DNA from: Dehalococcoides mccartyi
Lineage (GTDB): Bacteria > Chloroflexota > Dehalococcoidia > UBA2979
DNA: 64,000 nucleotides
Assembly: GCA_945865925.1 (NCBI GenBank)
Contig: CAMBFG010000002.1
Coordinates: forward strand, 12,421-76,420
Reading direction: 5' to 3'
In this document: positions 9,048 through 20,366 of the stretch, piece after piece
Layout of the letters: each line of letters begins with the position of its first letter
Position numbering within the stretch: position 1 is the stretch's first letter
Program-made: the position numbers and the translations under genes
Notes under the pieces: generated by a model
Databases searched by the model: none
Seen by the model: only the letters and a program-made list of their open reading frames with translations
Told to the model about the DNA's origin: nothing

Positions 9048-10309
9048 TGGAACTCCTTCGCTTCGCCACGGTCGGCTCCGTCGATGACGGGAAGAGCACG
9101 CTCATCGGGCGGCTGCTCTACGACGCCAAGTCGATCTTCGAGGACCAGTGGGACGCCATCGAGCGCACGAGCCAGAACCGCGGCGAGGAATACGTAAACC
9201 TCGCGCTGCTGACCGACGGCCTGCGCGCCGAGCGCGAGCAGGGCATCACCATCGATGTCGCCTACCGCTACTTCGCCACGCCAAAGCGGAAGTTCATCAT
9301 CGCGGACACCCCCGGCCACGTGCAGTACACCCGCAACATGGTGACTGGCGCCTCCACCGCCGATGTCGCGCTCATCCTCATCGATGTGCGTCAGGGCGTC
9401 GTCGAGCAGTCCCGCCGGCACGCGTTTATCTCGTCGCTCCTCGGGATCCGCCACTTGGTCGTTTGCGTGAACAAGATGGACCTCGTCGACTTCGACCGCG
9501 CGGCCTTCGAGGCGGTGCGCGACGACTTCCTCCAGTTCGCCAAGCGCCTCGGCGAGGTGGAAGTCACATTCATCCCGATCTCCGCGCTCAACGGCGACAA
9601 CGTCGTCGACCGCTCGGAGTCCACCCCCTGGTTCGACGGTGCTCCGCTGCTCGAGCACCTCGAAGGCCTCGATGTCACAGACGCGGAAGACTTCGACCAC
9701 CCGCGCTTCCCCGTCCAGTACGTCATCCGCCCGATGAGCAACGAGCACCACGACTACCGCGGCTATGCCGGCGCAGTTGCTGGCGGCGCCTTCCGTCCGG
9801 GCGACGAGGTGATGGTGCTCCCCTCAGGCCGTCGCACTCATATCGAGGCCATCGACACGTTCGAGGGCAGCGTGGCGGTCGCCGTGCCACCGATGTCCGT
9901 CACCATCCGCCTCACGGACGACGTCGACGTCTCGCGCGGGAACATGCTCGCCTCGGTCCACCACCCGCCGAAGGCTGCGCGGTCAGTCGAGGCCTGGGTG
10001 TGCTGGATGTCGGAGCGCGGCCGCCTGACTCCGGGCGCGCGCTATGCCATCAAGCACACGACGCACTCGGCGCGCGCCGTCGTCCAGTCCGTCGAGGGCC
10101 GCCTGGACATCAACACGCTGACGGAAGAGCCCGGCGACGGCCTCTCGCTCAACGAGATCGGCCGCGTTTGGCTGAAGACCACCGAGCCGTTGTTCCTCGA
10201 CTGGTACTCCCAGAACCGTCGGACCGGCTCCTTCATCCTCATCGACGAGGTCACCAACAACACCGTCGGCGCCGGCATGATCGTGGGCGCCACCGAGGAG
10301 GACGACTAA
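9047..10309 (+). CDS. cysN: Sulfate adenylyltransferase subunit 1 (GTPase, no CysC domain)
   Basis: GSVDDGKST, EREQGITIDVAY, DTPGH, NKMD. Confidence 0.97.
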   Translation: MELLRFATVGSVDDGKSTLIGRLLYDAKSIFEDQWDAIERTSQNRGEEYVNLALLTDGLRAEREQGITIDVAYRYFATPKRKFIIADTPGHVQYTRNMVTGASTADVALILIDVRQGVVEQSRRHAFISSLLGIRHLVVCVNKMDLVDFDRAAFEAVRDDFLQFAKRLGEVEVTFIPISALNGDNVVDRSESTPWFDGAPLLEHLEGLDVTDAEDFDHPRFPVQYVIRPMSNEHHDYRGYAGAVAGGAFRPGDEVMVLPSGRRTHIEAIDTFEGSVAVAVPPMSVTIRLTDDVDVSRGNMLASVHHPPKAARSVEAWVCWMSERGRLTPGARYAIKHTTHSARAVVQSVEGRLDINTLTEEPGDGLSLNEIGRVWLKTTEPLFLDWYSQNRRTGSFILIDEVTNNTVGAGMIVGATEEDD

Positions 10310-10408
10310 GCCATCACGGGGCGGCCGAACGGGGCCGTCCGAAGGTCGCCAATCCTCGGCGACTCCCCCCGAACCTCGGGAGGCGCGTCACCGAAGAGGC
10401 CACCTAGA

Positions 10409-11182
10409 GTGGACACCGCAGCAGCAGCGCCGCGGAGCAGGGCACGACTCGTGGGGTACTACCCGATCTTCCTGGAACTCGAGGGCATCCCCGTCCTCCT
10501 CGTGGGCGGCGGTCATGTCGCGCTCGAAAAGATCGGCCGCCTCGTGGACTCCGGCGCACGCGTCACCCTCGTCGCCCCCGACCTCATCCCCCCCGTGCGC
10601 GCCTACGCGGACGGCGGCCGCGTCCGCTGGCTCCCGCGCGCCTTCGAGGACGGTGACACCGCCGGCCAGCGCTTCGTCTTCGTCGCGACTGACAACGGCG
10701 AGGTGAACCGCCGCGTGGCCGACGAGGCACGCGCCGCCGGCACGCTGGTGAACGCCGCGGACGACGTCGACAACTGCGACTTCATCCTGCCCTCGGTCGT
10801 ACGCAAGGGGCCGCTGCAGATCGCGGCGTCCACCGCCGGCACGTCCCCCGCCATGGCACGCTGGCTGCGCGAGCGGCTCACCGAGTTCCTCACCGACGAC
10901 ATCGAGATCCTCGCGACGCTGCTCGGCGACATCCGCCGTGAGGTGCGCGCCGGCGACCGCGAGTGCGCAGGCCGCTGCGAGCGCGCGCTGACGCCCCCGC
11001 CGCTGCTCTGCGACACCTGCCCCAACCGCATCCCCGCCGACCGCTGGCAGGAGGCGATCGACCCCGAGGTGCTGCGCCTGATCGCCTCGCGCGACCTCGA
11101 TGCGGCGCGCGCGCGGATCGTCCGAAGCCTGCACCGGGAGGCCCTCGTTGCCTCGCCCACGTGGCGGGAGGCGGCACGATGA
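10409..11182 (+). CDS. sirC: Precorrin-2 dehydrogenase / sirohydrochlorin ferrochelatase (SirC/Met8p/CysG-B type)
   Basis: YYPIFL, VGGGHVA, NAADD..CDF, STAGTSP; extra 4-Cys insert near the C-terminus. Confidence 0.85.
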   Translation: MDTAAAAPRSRARLVGYYPIFLELEGIPVLLVGGGHVALEKIGRLVDSGARVTLVAPDLIPPVRAYADGGRVRWLPRAFEDGDTAGQRFVFVATDNGEVNRRVADEARAAGTLVNAADDVDNCDFILPSVVRKGPLQIAASTAGTSPAMARWLRERLTEFLTDDIEILATLLGDIRREVRAGDRECAGRCERALTPPPLLCDTCPNRIPADRWQEAIDPEVLRLIASRDLDAARARIVRSLHREALVASPTWREAAR

Positions 11183-12459
11183 TTACCGCCGCCGGCTTCT
11201 CCCACCACACGACGCCCGTCCACGTCCGCGAGCGGCTCACCCCGCCAGCCGATGACGTCCCCGGCATCCTGAAGCGCGCGCGCGGCCAGTTCGGTGCCGC
11301 CGCCCTGATCTCCACCTGCAATCGCGTGGAGCTGTACCTCTCCGGCGAACACGAGGCCGGGCCGGTCATCGGCTTCCTCGCGCACGAGTTCGGCACCGAC
11401 GGCGATGTCGCGGAGCGCTATCTCCAGACGTGGCACGGCGTCGAGGCCGTTGAGCACCTCTACCGCGTCGCCAGCGGCCTCGATTCGATGGTGGTCGGCG
11501 AGACAGAGATCCTCGGCCAGGTGCGTGCCGGGTTCTCCGAGGCCGTCCGTGCGGAGACGCAGGACGCCGTCATCTCGCGGCTGTTCCACACGGCAGTACG
11601 CACCGGCCGTCGCGCCCGCAACGAGACCGGCATCGGCGACGGTGCCCTCTCTGTCTCCTCGATCGCCGCGCAGCAGGCGCGCGCGCTCGTCCCGGATCTC
11701 ACCGCGGCGCGCATCCTCGTGGTCGGCGCCGGCGAGGCTGGCCAACTGGCCGCGCAGGCCCTCGTCGCCGCTGGCGCACGCGACATCGTCGTCACCAACC
11801 GCACGCTCGCGCGTGCCGAGTCCGTCGCCGCAGCCCTCGGTGGCTCCGCCGTCCCCTTCGCGGCCCTTGGCACCGCCCTCGCGAGCGCCCACGTCGTCAT
11901 CGGCGCTGCGGGTGCCGCAACTCCGCTTGTCGAGACCGCACACCTCGAAGCCGCATTCGCCACGCGTGACGGCGCACCGCTCGTCATCATCGACATCGCG
12001 ATGCCGCGCACGGTCGATCCGGCCGCGCGCACGATGCCCGGCGTCGCCTACTTCGACCTCGACGACCTGCAGGCGCTCGCCGACCACGCGAGTACTGCCC
12101 GCGCCAGCGAGGTCACCGCCGTCGAGACCATCGTCGCCGAGGAGACCGCCCGCTTCGCCGCCTGGGGCGCCCGCCTGCACATCGGCCCCACGATCGCCGC
12201 GCTCACCGACCGCACCGAGGCCCTCCGCCGGGCCGAGGTCGCGAAGGTGCTGCGTCGCCTCCGCCTCGAAGGCGCCGACCGCGCGCAGGTGGAGGAACTG
12301 ATGGAGGCGGCGACACGCGGCCTGGTGAACCAGTTGCTGGCCGGCCCGATCGCCACGCTCAACGAGCGCCACGACCAGGACGGCTACGTGGACACCGTCC
12401 GCGACCTCTTCCGCCTCGACTCCCGGCCTGACGAGGCCCGCGCGACCGACGCGGACTGA
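11179..12459 (+). CDS. hemA: Glutamyl-tRNA reductase
   Basis: STCNRVE, SGLDSMVVGETEILGQ, GAGEAG, DIAMPR; ATGA overlap with sirC. Confidence 0.95.
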   Translation: MITAAGFSHHTTPVHVRERLTPPADDVPGILKRARGQFGAAALISTCNRVELYLSGEHEAGPVIGFLAHEFGTDGDVAERYLQTWHGVEAVEHLYRVASGLDSMVVGETEILGQVRAGFSEAVRAETQDAVISRLFHTAVRTGRRARNETGIGDGALSVSSIAAQQARALVPDLTAARILVVGAGEAGQLAAQALVAAGARDIVVTNRTLARAESVAAALGGSAVPFAALGTALASAHVVIGAAGAATPLVETAHLEAAFATRDGAPLVIIDIAMPRTVDPAARTMPGVAYFDLDDLQALADHASTARASEVTAVETIVAEETARFAAWGARLHIGPTIAALTDRTEALRRAEVAKVLRRLRLEGADRAQVEELMEAATRGLVNQLLAGPIATLNERHDQDGYVDTVRDLFRLDSRPDEARATDAD

Positions 12460-12464
12460 GTCCC

Positions 12465-13373
12465 GTGCCTCGCCTCCGCCTCGCCACTCGCGCTTCCGCG
12501 CTCGCCCTCGTCCAATCGCGCCTCGCTGCCGATGCCATCCGCGCCGCCCATCCTGACGTCGAGATCGAACTCGTCGAGGTGAGCACCCGTGGCGACCGTG
12601 ACCAGGCGACACCACTCAGCGCAATGGGCGGCGAGGGTGTCTTCGTCGCCGCCGTCCGTGACGCGGTACGCGAGGGTCGTGCGGACGCCGCCGTGCACTC
12701 GCTCAAGGACATGCCCACGATGCCCGTCCTCGGCCTCGTCATCGCCGCCATGCTCGAACGTGCCGACCCGCGTGACGCCTTCGTCGGCCGCGGCGGCCGA
12801 CGCCTGCGCGACCTCGCTGCTGGCGCGCGCGTCGGCACGAGCGCGACCCGGCGCGCCGCGATCCTGCGTGCGATGCGCCCCGACCTCGAGATCGTGGAAA
12901 TCCGAGGCAACGTGGACACGCGCCTCGCGAAGGTGGAGCGCGGCGAGTACGACGGCACGGTGCTCGCCGCCGCCGGACTGCTCCGCCTCGGACGGCTGGG
13001 TGAGGCGACGGAGATCTACGAGGCGCACGAGTTCCTCCCGTCACCGGGCCAAGGCGTCATCGCCATCGAGTGCCGCACGGACGACGCAGCTACCCGCGCG
13101 TTGATCGAGGCCGCAGACCACGCGCCGACGCGACTCGCTGCGACGACGGAGCGCGCCGTGCTCGCCGCCCTCGGCGCCGGGTGTGAACTCGGCGTGGGCG
13201 CGTACGCGCAGCGCGAAGACGACCTGATCGCCCTGCGCGCGATGCTTGCCCCCGGCGATGGCATGGGCGCACCGATCTTCGGCGACGCGACCGGCCGGAT
13301 CGCGGACGCCGAGGAGTTGGGCCACGGCCTCGCCGAGCGGCTGAAGGTCGCCCTCGAAGGTGGGATCGCGTGA
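12465..13373 (+). CDS. hemC: Porphobilinogen deaminase
   Basis: ATRASALALVQ, AVHSLKDMP, IRGNVDTRL, PGQG. Confidence 0.96.
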   Translation: MPRLRLATRASALALVQSRLAADAIRAAHPDVEIELVEVSTRGDRDQATPLSAMGGEGVFVAAVRDAVREGRADAAVHSLKDMPTMPVLGLVIAAMLERADPRDAFVGRGGRRLRDLAAGARVGTSATRRAAILRAMRPDLEIVEIRGNVDTRLAKVERGEYDGTVLAAAGLLRLGRLGEATEIYEAHEFLPSPGQGVIAIECRTDDAATRALIEAADHAPTRLAATTERAVLAALGAGCELGVGAYAQREDDLIALRAMLAPGDGMGAPIFGDATGRIADAEELGHGLAERLKVALEGGIA

Positions 13374-14914
13374 GCCTCGGACACGTGTGGCTGGTCGGCG
13401 CGGGGCCGGGCGACCCCGGACTGATCACCGCGCTCGGCCTCGCCGCCCTGCGCCGCGCGGACGTCGTCGTCTTCGACCGCCTCGCCCCCCACGAACTCCT
13501 CGACGAAGCGCCGTCCGAGGCGATCCGGATCGACGCGGGGAAGAGTGCGGACAACCACACGCTGACGCAGGACGAGATCAACGCACTCCTCGTCCAGCAT
13601 GGCAGCGCCGGGCGGCGCGTCGTGCGCCTCAAGGGCGGCGACCCGTACGTCTTCGGGCGTGGCGGGGAGGAAGCCATCGCGCTGGCCAAGGCGGGCGTCC
13701 CCTGCACCGTCATCCCCGGCGTGACCTCGGCCATCGGTGGGCTCGCCCTCGGCGGTGTCCCCGTCACCCACCGAGGCATCGCGACCTCGTTTGCCGTGGT
13801 CACCGGCCACGAAGATCCGACGAAACCCCAAGAAGGCGTCGACTGGGCACGCCTCGCAGGTGCCAGCGACACGATCGTGGTGCTGATGGGCGCCGCCCGC
13901 CTCGACGGCATCGCGCGCGCGCTGATCGAGGGTGGCCGTCCGGCCTCCACGCCCGCGGCCGTCATCCAGGAAGCGAGCACGCCACGCCAGCGCGCCGTCA
14001 CCGGCACCCTCGCCACCATCGCCGAGGCCGCCCAAGCCGCGAAGATCGAGGCGCCTGCACTGTTCGTGATCGGCGACGTCGCCGCGTTCCAGCAGTCGCT
14101 CGCGCCGAGCGCCCTCGCGCCGCTCGCGGGGAAGCGTGTCCTCGTCACCCGTACACGAGCGCAGGCCTCGTCGCTTGCCGAGGCGCTCCGCCTCGAGGGC
14201 GCGTACCCGCTGCTGCTCCCCGCGATCGAACTCGAACGCCGCGTGGACGCCTCGGCCGCCGCGCGCGTCGCCGCCGCGCTCACCGAGGGCGTCTACGGGT
14301 GGACGGTGTTCACCTCGGCCAACGCGGTCGAGGCGTTCGTCGATGCACTGTTTGAGGCCGGCGGCGACGCTCGCGCGCTCGCGCGCACTCGCATCGCCGC
14401 GATCGGCACCGCCACCGAGGGCGCCCTCCGCACCCGAGGCCTGCGCGCGAACCTCGTCCCCACGGAAGCCATCGGCGAGGCGTTGGGTACCGCCCTCGCG
14501 CCGCACGTCGGCGGAACGCGTGTGCTACTCCCGCGTGCCGAGGGCGCGCGCGACACCTTGCCCGCCGCACTCCGCGTCGCCGGAGCCGAGGTCGACGAAC
14601 TGACGCTCTACCTCGCCGCTCCGCCTGCGGAACCGCCCGCCGAGGTGCTGGCCGCCCTCCGCGCCGGTGAGGTCGATGTGGCGATGTTCACCTCCTCCTC
14701 CACCGTAACCAATCTCGCCTCGATGCTCGGCGGTGACCTCAGCGCCCTGAGCGGGGCGGTCATTGCCTGCATCGGACCGATCGTGGCCGAGACGGCGCGC
14801 GAACGAGGGCTGCGGGTGGACGTGGTGGCCGAGCCGCATACGATCGATGGGCTGGTCGAGGCGACGCGTGCGTTCCTGCACGCCCGCCGCCCCGCGCGGA
14901 CGGAGGTCCGGTGA
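13370..14914 (+). CDS. cobA-hemD: Fused uroporphyrinogen-III C-methyltransferase / uroporphyrinogen-III synthase
   Basis: [12 protein letters not shown] and [16 protein letters not shown], followed by a HemD domain (FTSANAV, FTSSSTV, CIGP). Confidence 0.93.
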   Translation: MSLGHVWLVGAGPGDPGLITALGLAALRRADVVVFDRLAPHELLDEAPSEAIRIDAGKSADNHTLTQDEINALLVQHGSAGRRVVRLKGGDPYVFGRGGEEAIALAKAGVPCTVIPGVTSAIGGLALGGVPVTHRGIATSFAVVTGHEDPTKPQEGVDWARLAGASDTIVVLMGAARLDGIARALIEGGRPASTPAAVIQEASTPRQRAVTGTLATIAEAAQAAKIEAPALFVIGDVAAFQQSLAPSALAPLAGKRVLVTRTRAQASSLAEALRLEGAYPLLLPAIELERRVDASAAARVAAALTEGVYGWTVFTSANAVEAFVDALFEAGGDARALARTRIAAIGTATEGALRTRGLRANLVPTEAIGEALGTALAPHVGGTRVLLPRAEGARDTLPAALRVAGAEVDELTLYLAAPPAEPPAEVLAALRAGEVDVAMFTSSSTVTNLASMLGGDLSALSGAVIACIGPIVAETARERGLRVDVVAEPHTIDGLVEATRAFLHARRPARTEVR

Positions 14915-15915
14915 TGGTTGCAGCCACGCGCCTCGCGCCGTTCACGCGCACCCGTCGCACGCGACGTACCGAGGCCCTGCGCGCCCTCGTGCGCGAGACG
15001 CGCCTCGACCCATCGCAGTTCGTCTACCCGCTGTTCATCACGCACGGCCAGGGCATCCGCCACGAGATCTCGTCGATGCCCGGCCAGTACCAGTTGAGCG
15101 TGGACATGCTGGCGCCCGAGGTCACCGAGTTGCGCGACCTCGGCGTGCGCGCGGTGCTGCTCTTCGGTCTGCCCGCCTCGAAGGACGCCGAGGGCACCGA
15201 GGCCTACGCCGACGACGGCATCGTGCAGCAGGCGATCCGCGAACTGAAGCGGCTTGACCCGGCCCTCGTGACCATCGCGGACATCTGCCTCTGCGAGTAC
15301 ACCGACCACGGCCACTGCGGCATCCTCACCGCGACCGGTGAGGTCGACAACGACCCGTCGCTCGACCTGCTCTCGCGCATGGCGGTCTCCACCGCCCGTG
15401 CGGGTGCGGACGTCATCGCCCCCAGCGACATGATGGACGGGCGCGTCGGCGCGATCCGCGAAGCCCTCGACGAGGCCGGGTATGCGAGCACGCCGATCAT
15501 GGCCTACTCCGCGAAGTACGCCTCCGCCTTCTACGGCCCGTTCCGCGAGGCCGCCGACTCCGCGCCGCAGTTCGGCGACCGCCGCGGCTACCAGATGGAC
15601 CCCGCGAACGGCCTCGAAGCCCTGCGCGAGGTGGAGGCGGACATCGAGGAGTCCGCGGACATCGTGATGGTGAAGCCCGCGCTCCCGTACCTCGATGTGA
15701 TCCGCGCCGTGCGCGAGCGCACCGACCTGCCGCTCGCCGCCTACAACGTCTCCGGCGAGTACGCGATGGTGAAGGCCGCCGCCGCGAACGGCTGGCTGGA
15801 CGAGCGCCGCGTCGTCCTCGAGATCCTCACCTCGATCGCGCGGGCGGGTGCGGGGATCATCATCACCTACCACGCGAAGGATGCCGCGCGCTGGCTGCGC
15901 GAGGATCGCCGGTGA
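14914..15915 (+). CDS. hemB: Porphobilinogen synthase (Zn-type)
   Basis: [42 protein letters not shown]. Confidence 0.97.
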   Translation: MVAATRLAPFTRTRRTRRTEALRALVRETRLDPSQFVYPLFITHGQGIRHEISSMPGQYQLSVDMLAPEVTELRDLGVRAVLLFGLPASKDAEGTEAYADDGIVQQAIRELKRLDPALVTIADICLCEYTDHGHCGILTATGEVDNDPSLDLLSRMAVSTARAGADVIAPSDMMDGRVGAIREALDEAGYASTPIMAYSAKYASAFYGPFREAADSAPQFGDRRGYQMDPANGLEALREVEADIEESADIVMVKPALPYLDVIRAVRERTDLPLAAYNVSGEYAMVKAAAANGWLDERRVVLEILTSIARAGAGIIITYHAKDAARWLREDRR

Positions 15916-17198
15916 CCGGACCGCGCTCGCTGGCTGCCATGACGCGCGCCGAACGCGTGCTCCCCGGCGGCGTCGACTCCCCCGTGCGCGCCTACCGCGC
16001 CGTCGGCGGGTCGCCCGTCTTCGTCGCCTCCGGCCGAGGCGCCACGATCACCGACATCGACGGCCGTGAGTACCTCGACTATGTGCAGTCGTACGGCCCG
16101 CTGATCCTCGGCCACGCCCACCCCGCGGTCGTCGAGGCGATCCGCGCCGCCGCACCCCTCGGCACCTCCTTCGGCGCACCGACCGAGGCCGAGCCCGCCC
16201 TTGCCGAGCGCATCATCGAGGCCGTCCCATCGATCGAGATGCTGCGCTTCGTCTCCTCCGGCACGGAGGCGGCGATGAGCGCCATCCGGCTCGCCCGGGC
16301 CGCGACGAAGCGTGACCTGGTCCTGAAGTTCGAGGGCTGTTACCACGGTCACGCGGACGGCCTGCTGGTCGCCGCCGGCTCAGGCGTCGCGACGCTCTCG
16401 CTGCCTGACTCGGCCGGTGTACCTGCCGCCTATGCCGCGCAGACGCTCGTTGCCCCCTACAACGACCTCGATGCCGTGCGCGCGACCTTCGCGGCGCATC
16501 CCGGCGCCATTGCTGCCATCATCGTGGAGCCGATCGCCGGCAACATGGGCCTCGTCGAACCAGCCGAGGGGTACCTCGAAGGCCTCCGCGCGCTCTGCGA
16601 CGCCGAAGGCGCCCTGCTCATCTTCGACGAGGTGATCAGCGGGTTCCGCGCCTCGATCGGTGGCGCGCAGGCGGTGTACGACATCCGACCTGACCTCACC
16701 GTCCTCGGCAAGATCATTGGAGGCGGGCTCCCCGTCGGGGCGTATGGCGGACGGCGCGACCTGATGTCGATGATTGCCCCGCTTGGCCCCGTCTACCAGG
16801 CGGGCACCCTGTCCGGGAACCCGCTTGCGATGGCTGCAGGCACCGCCACCCTCGACGCCCTCCGCGCAATGCCCGATGCGTACGTGCGCCTCGAGGCCCT
16901 GGGCGAGCGGCTGGAGACCGGCCTGCGGGCCGCCATCGAGTCTGCCGGGGTGCGCGTGTCCGTCGCGCGGTCCGGCTCGCTACTCACGCTGTTCTTTGGC
17001 CTCGATGCCCCACCCACGAACTGGGCACAGGCGAAACAGGCCGACACCGCCGCCTTCGCGAAGTTCCACCACGCGATGCTCGAAGGCGGCGTCCACCTGC
17101 CCCCGAGTCAGTACGAGGCGTGGTTCCTCTCGCTGGCGCACACCGACGCGGACGTCGATCACACGGTCGCCGTCGTAGCGCGCGCGCTGACTGCGTAA
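15912..17198 (+). CDS. hemL: Glutamate-1-semialdehyde 2,1-aminomutase
   Basis: [48 protein letters not shown]. Confidence 0.97.
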   Translation: MTGPRSLAAMTRAERVLPGGVDSPVRAYRAVGGSPVFVASGRGATITDIDGREYLDYVQSYGPLILGHAHPAVVEAIRAAAPLGTSFGAPTEAEPALAERIIEAVPSIEMLRFVSSGTEAAMSAIRLARAATKRDLVLKFEGCYHGHADGLLVAAGSGVATLSLPDSAGVPAAYAAQTLVAPYNDLDAVRATFAAHPGAIAAIIVEPIAGNMGLVEPAEGYLEGLRALCDAEGALLIFDEVISGFRASIGGAQAVYDIRPDLTVLGKIIGGGLPVGAYGGRRDLMSMIAPLGPVYQAGTLSGNPLAMAAGTATLDALRAMPDAYVRLEALGERLETGLRAAIESAGVRVSVARSGSLLTLFFGLDAPPTNWAQAKQADTAAFAKFHHAMLEGGVHLPPSQYEAWFLSLAHTDADVDHTVAVVARALTA

Positions 17199-17464
17199 TC
17201 TCGTCCAGATGTCCGATCTCTCCTGCGCCAGCGACGCCTGCCATGATCGGGACAAGATCATCGCGCTGATGCACTGAGAAACAGGCCTCCAGCCTCCGTT
17301 CACACAGCCGTCATGAGAACGCAGCGTGAGCGATATCTTCCGCACGCCTCAGCGTGACCGTCACGACACGTCAGGCACACACGGACGCAAACGAAGATTC
17401 ATCGTCACGAAACCCCCCATTGGTTGGCGCTCCGTACCTTCGAGGTGGGAGAGGTCAGCCACCA

Positions 17465-18979
17465 ATGAGCAACAAGTTCGAGGCGATGAAGGCGGAAAAG
17501 GACGGGCTGGACGTCTGGCCGGACCTCCTGCGCTACGCCGCCGAGGACACCCCGGTCGACCAGATCCCGGACGACGACCTCCAGCGGATGAAGTGGTACG
17601 GGGTCTTTCACCGGCCGCAGACGCCCGGCACCTTCATGATGCGGCTCCGCTTGCCTGGAGGGCGCGCAACCTCTGACCAGCTGCGCGTGATCGCAAGCCT
17701 GGCCGAGGCGGGCACGCACCCCTATCTAGATGTCACATCCCGCCAGAACATCCAGTTGCGCGGTTTCCGCCTCCCCGATGTCCCCGGCATGATCGAGGCG
17801 CTGCGCAGCGCAGGCGTCCTCGCTCAGCAGACCGGCTTGGACAATGTCCGCAACATCATGGGCTGTCCCCTGGCCGGCATCGATGGGAACGAGGTCTTCG
17901 ACGCCACAGACCTCGTCGAAGCGCTCGTGGATCCGTACCTCGGCGACCGCGCCTACTCGAACCTCCCGAGAAAGTTCAACGTCTCGATCACCGGTTGCCG
18001 TCAGGACTGCGGGCACGCGCAGACGCAGGACCTCGGTCTGATCCCTGCGACACTCGATGGTGCCGTTGGCTTTAACGTCCTGGTCGGTGGCGCCCTCGGT
18101 GGTACCTCGCCACGGCTCGCCACTCCGCTCGATGTCTTCGTCGAGCCCGCCGAGGTACAGCCACTCTTCCTCGCACTCTTGCGCGTCTACCGCGACCACG
18201 GGCCACGCGAGAAGCGCACACAGGCCCGGCTCAAGTGGCTGATCGAAGAGTGGGGTGAGCCTCGGCTCCGCGATGCTGTCGAGGCCGAGGTGGGCCACGC
18301 ACTCCGTCGTGCCGGCGCGGACGAGCGCAGCGCGGTCGCCGGCGACCATCTGGGCGTCCACCCGCAGCGCGAGCCAGGTATGTCCTATGTGTGGCTGCAC
18401 GTCGCCGTCGGGAATATCCGCGCTGCGACGCTGCGCGAACTCGCTCGAGTCGCCGAGGTCTACGGACGTGGGGAGGTTCGCCTCACCGTGGACCAGAACG
18501 CGCTCATCCCGCACGTACCAGACGCGTTGCTCCCCACGCTCCTGGCCGAGCCGCTGCTGACCGAACTGCGTCCTGACGTGCCGTCGATCTGGCGGAACCT
18601 CGTTGCCTGTACTGGCAACGACTACTGCCACTACTCGCTGATCGACACGAAGGGAACGGCGCTCCGTGTCGCGACCGAGCTCGAACGCCGCGGTGTCGAG
18701 GCACCAGCGGGCACACGCATCCACGTCTCTGGTTGTGTCCACGCCTGTGCCAAGCACCACATCGCGGACATCGGCATCCAAGGCGTGAACGTCCGCCTCA
18801 ACGGGCAGGTTGAGGAGGCGGGCGACATCTTTGTCGGCGGACGCCTCGGCGACTCCGGCCGTCTCGCCACTCGCTCTCAGGAGAAGGTTTTACTCACCGA
18901 CCTCGCGGATGCCATCGAAGGACTCCTCCGCGGAGCGTCCACCCCCGCACCCATCACATCTCCGGCGATCGCCGGCTAA
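17465..18979 (+). CDS. nirA: Ferredoxin-nitrite reductase (siroheme)
   Basis: MSNKFEAMKAEKDGLD N-terminus, NLPRKFN, CTGNDYCHYSLIDTK, SGCVHAC; precedes the nitrate ABC genes. Confidence 0.88.
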   Translation: MSNKFEAMKAEKDGLDVWPDLLRYAAEDTPVDQIPDDDLQRMKWYGVFHRPQTPGTFMMRLRLPGGRATSDQLRVIASLAEAGTHPYLDVTSRQNIQLRGFRLPDVPGMIEALRSAGVLAQQTGLDNVRNIMGCPLAGIDGNEVFDATDLVEALVDPYLGDRAYSNLPRKFNVSITGCRQDCGHAQTQDLGLIPATLDGAVGFNVLVGGALGGTSPRLATPLDVFVEPAEVQPLFLALLRVYRDHGPREKRTQARLKWLIEEWGEPRLRDAVEAEVGHALRRAGADERSAVAGDHLGVHPQREPGMSYVWLHVAVGNIRAATLRELARVAEVYGRGEVRLTVDQNALIPHVPDALLPTLLAEPLLTELRPDVPSIWRNLVACTGNDYCHYSLIDTKGTALRVATELERRGVEAPAGTRIHVSGCVHACAKHHIADIGIQGVNVRLNGQVEEAGDIFVGGRLGDSGRLATRSQEKVLLTDLADAIEGLLRGASTPAPITSPAIAG

Positions 18980-18992
18980 CGAGAGGATTCCT

Positions 18993-20366
18993 TTGGATCA
19001 CGAGGCCGCTCCCACCACCACTGATCAGGATGTATCCATCGCCTCGGAGGGCGGGCGAGGAGTCCCACGTCGGCGATTCCTGACTCTGGCCGGTGCTGCC
19101 CTCGCCCTGCCGCCCCTGCTCGCGGCCTGCGGCAGCGACGAGTCCGCACCAAAGTCAGATAGCACCGCCGCTGCGCCCGCACCGAACGCCACTGCGGCGC
19201 CCGGCGAAGTCGTCCCTCAGGGATCGGGCGAGAAGATCAAGATCGGTTTCATCGCGCTCACCGACTGCGCCTCGGTCGTGATGGCGAAGGAACTCGGCTA
19301 CTTCAAGAAGTACGGCCTGGATGTGGACGTGGTGAAGCAGGCCTCCTGGGCCAGCACTCGTGACGCGCTCCTGACGGGCGACATCCAGGCCGCGCACATG
19401 CTCTTCGGGATGCCATTCTCCGTGTACACGGGCATCGGTGGCACTGCCGGCAAAGAGATCATGATTGCAATGGTCCTGAACCAGAACGGCCAGGCGATCA
19501 CGCTGTCTAACCCCGACTTCGGCGGCAAGGTCGGCTACAAGCAGACCGATAAGGTGAAGGCCGCCGTTGACGCCGTGCGCGCTCGCAAAGAGCCCACCTT
19601 CGCAATGACCTTCCCAGGCGGCACGCACGACATGTGGCTGCGCTACTGGCTCGCCGCGGCGAACGTCAGCCAGAAGACGGTCAAGATCATCACGATCCCG
19701 CCTCCGCAGATGGTCGCAAACATGAAGGTCGACGCGATGGACGGCTTCTGCGTCGGCGAGCCGTGGGGCGGCGTCGCCGTGAAGGAGAACATCGGCTTCA
19801 CCGCCATCACTACCCAGGACATCTGGAAGCACCACCCCGAGAAGGCCCTCGGCGTCAACGCCGACTTCGCTACCAAGCGTCGAGGCGACCTGAAACTGAT
19901 GGTGCGCGCCATCCTTGAGGCGTCCCAGTACATCGAGGACAAGAAGAACATCCCGAACGTCGCGAAGGTCATCGGTGCGCAGTCGTATGTCAACGCGCCG
20001 GCGGACGTCATCGACAATCGCCTCGAAGGCCGGTACGCGCTCGGGAAGGACCTGGGCGAAGTCACGTTCGGCGAAGACACCATGCGGTTCTACCGCGAGG
20101 GCAACGTGACGTTCCCGAAGTACAGCCACGCGATGTGGTTCATGGCGCAGTACGTGCGGTTCGGGTACCTCAAGGAGATGCCAGCCAACGCCAAGGAGAT
20201 CGCCCAGAAATTGATCATGCAGGACCTCTACAAGGAAGTCGCTGCTGAGATGAAGGTGCCGGTCCCCACCGACGACATGAAGCCCTTCACGCTGGACCTG
20301 GACAACGCCACCTTCGACCCGAACAACCCAGCCGCCTACCTCGCGAAGTACGGGAACCTGGCATGA
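18993..20366 (+). CDS. nrtA: NrtA/CmpA-family substrate-binding Tat lipoprotein (nitrate/nitrite/cyanate type)
   Basis: RRRFL and LAAC; GFIALTD, NGQAI, TFPGGTHD, VGEPW, HPEK (Lys as in NrtA, not Glu as in CmpA). TTG start after GAGAGGA is inferred. Confidence 0.85.
   Translation: MDHEAAPTTTDQDVSIASEGGRGVPRRRFLTLAGAALALPPLLAACGSDESAPKSDSTAAAPAPNATAAPGEVVPQGSGEKIKIGFIALTDCASVVMAKELGYFKKYGLDVDVVKQASWASTRDALLTGDIQAAHMLFGMPFSVYTGIGGTAGKEIMIAMVLNQNGQAITLSNPDFGGKVGYKQTDKVKAAVDAVRARKEPTFAMTFPGGTHDMWLRYWLAAANVSQKTVKIITIPPPQMVANMKVDAMDGFCVGEPWGGVAVKENIGFTAITTQDIWKHHPEKALGVNADFATKRRGDLKLMVRAILEASQYIEDKKNIPNVAKVIGAQSYVNAPADVIDNRLEGRYALGKDLGEVTFGEDTMRFYREGNVTFPKYSHAMWFMAQYVRFGYLKEMPANAKEIAQKLIMQDLYKEVAAEMKVPVPTDDMKPFTLDLDNATFDPNNPAAYLAKYGNLA

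Noticed and set aside
10310-10408. Rho-independent terminator or ncRNA after cysN (similar hairpins at 7335-7385)
   Set aside because: GC hairpins are present but lack a U-tract or any recognisable family signature, and are expected by chance at this GC content.
17270-17420. Possible GlnR-box or ANTAR-type leader upstream of nirA (TTCAT-n6-GAAAC, CAAAC)
   Set aside because: Only one half-site pair fits, the repeat spacing is 21 rather than 22 bp, and I see no convincing twin hairpins.
18993-20366. Bicarbonate-binding CmpA
   Set aside because: HPEK rather than HPEE, and the nirA context indicates an N-oxyanion ligand.
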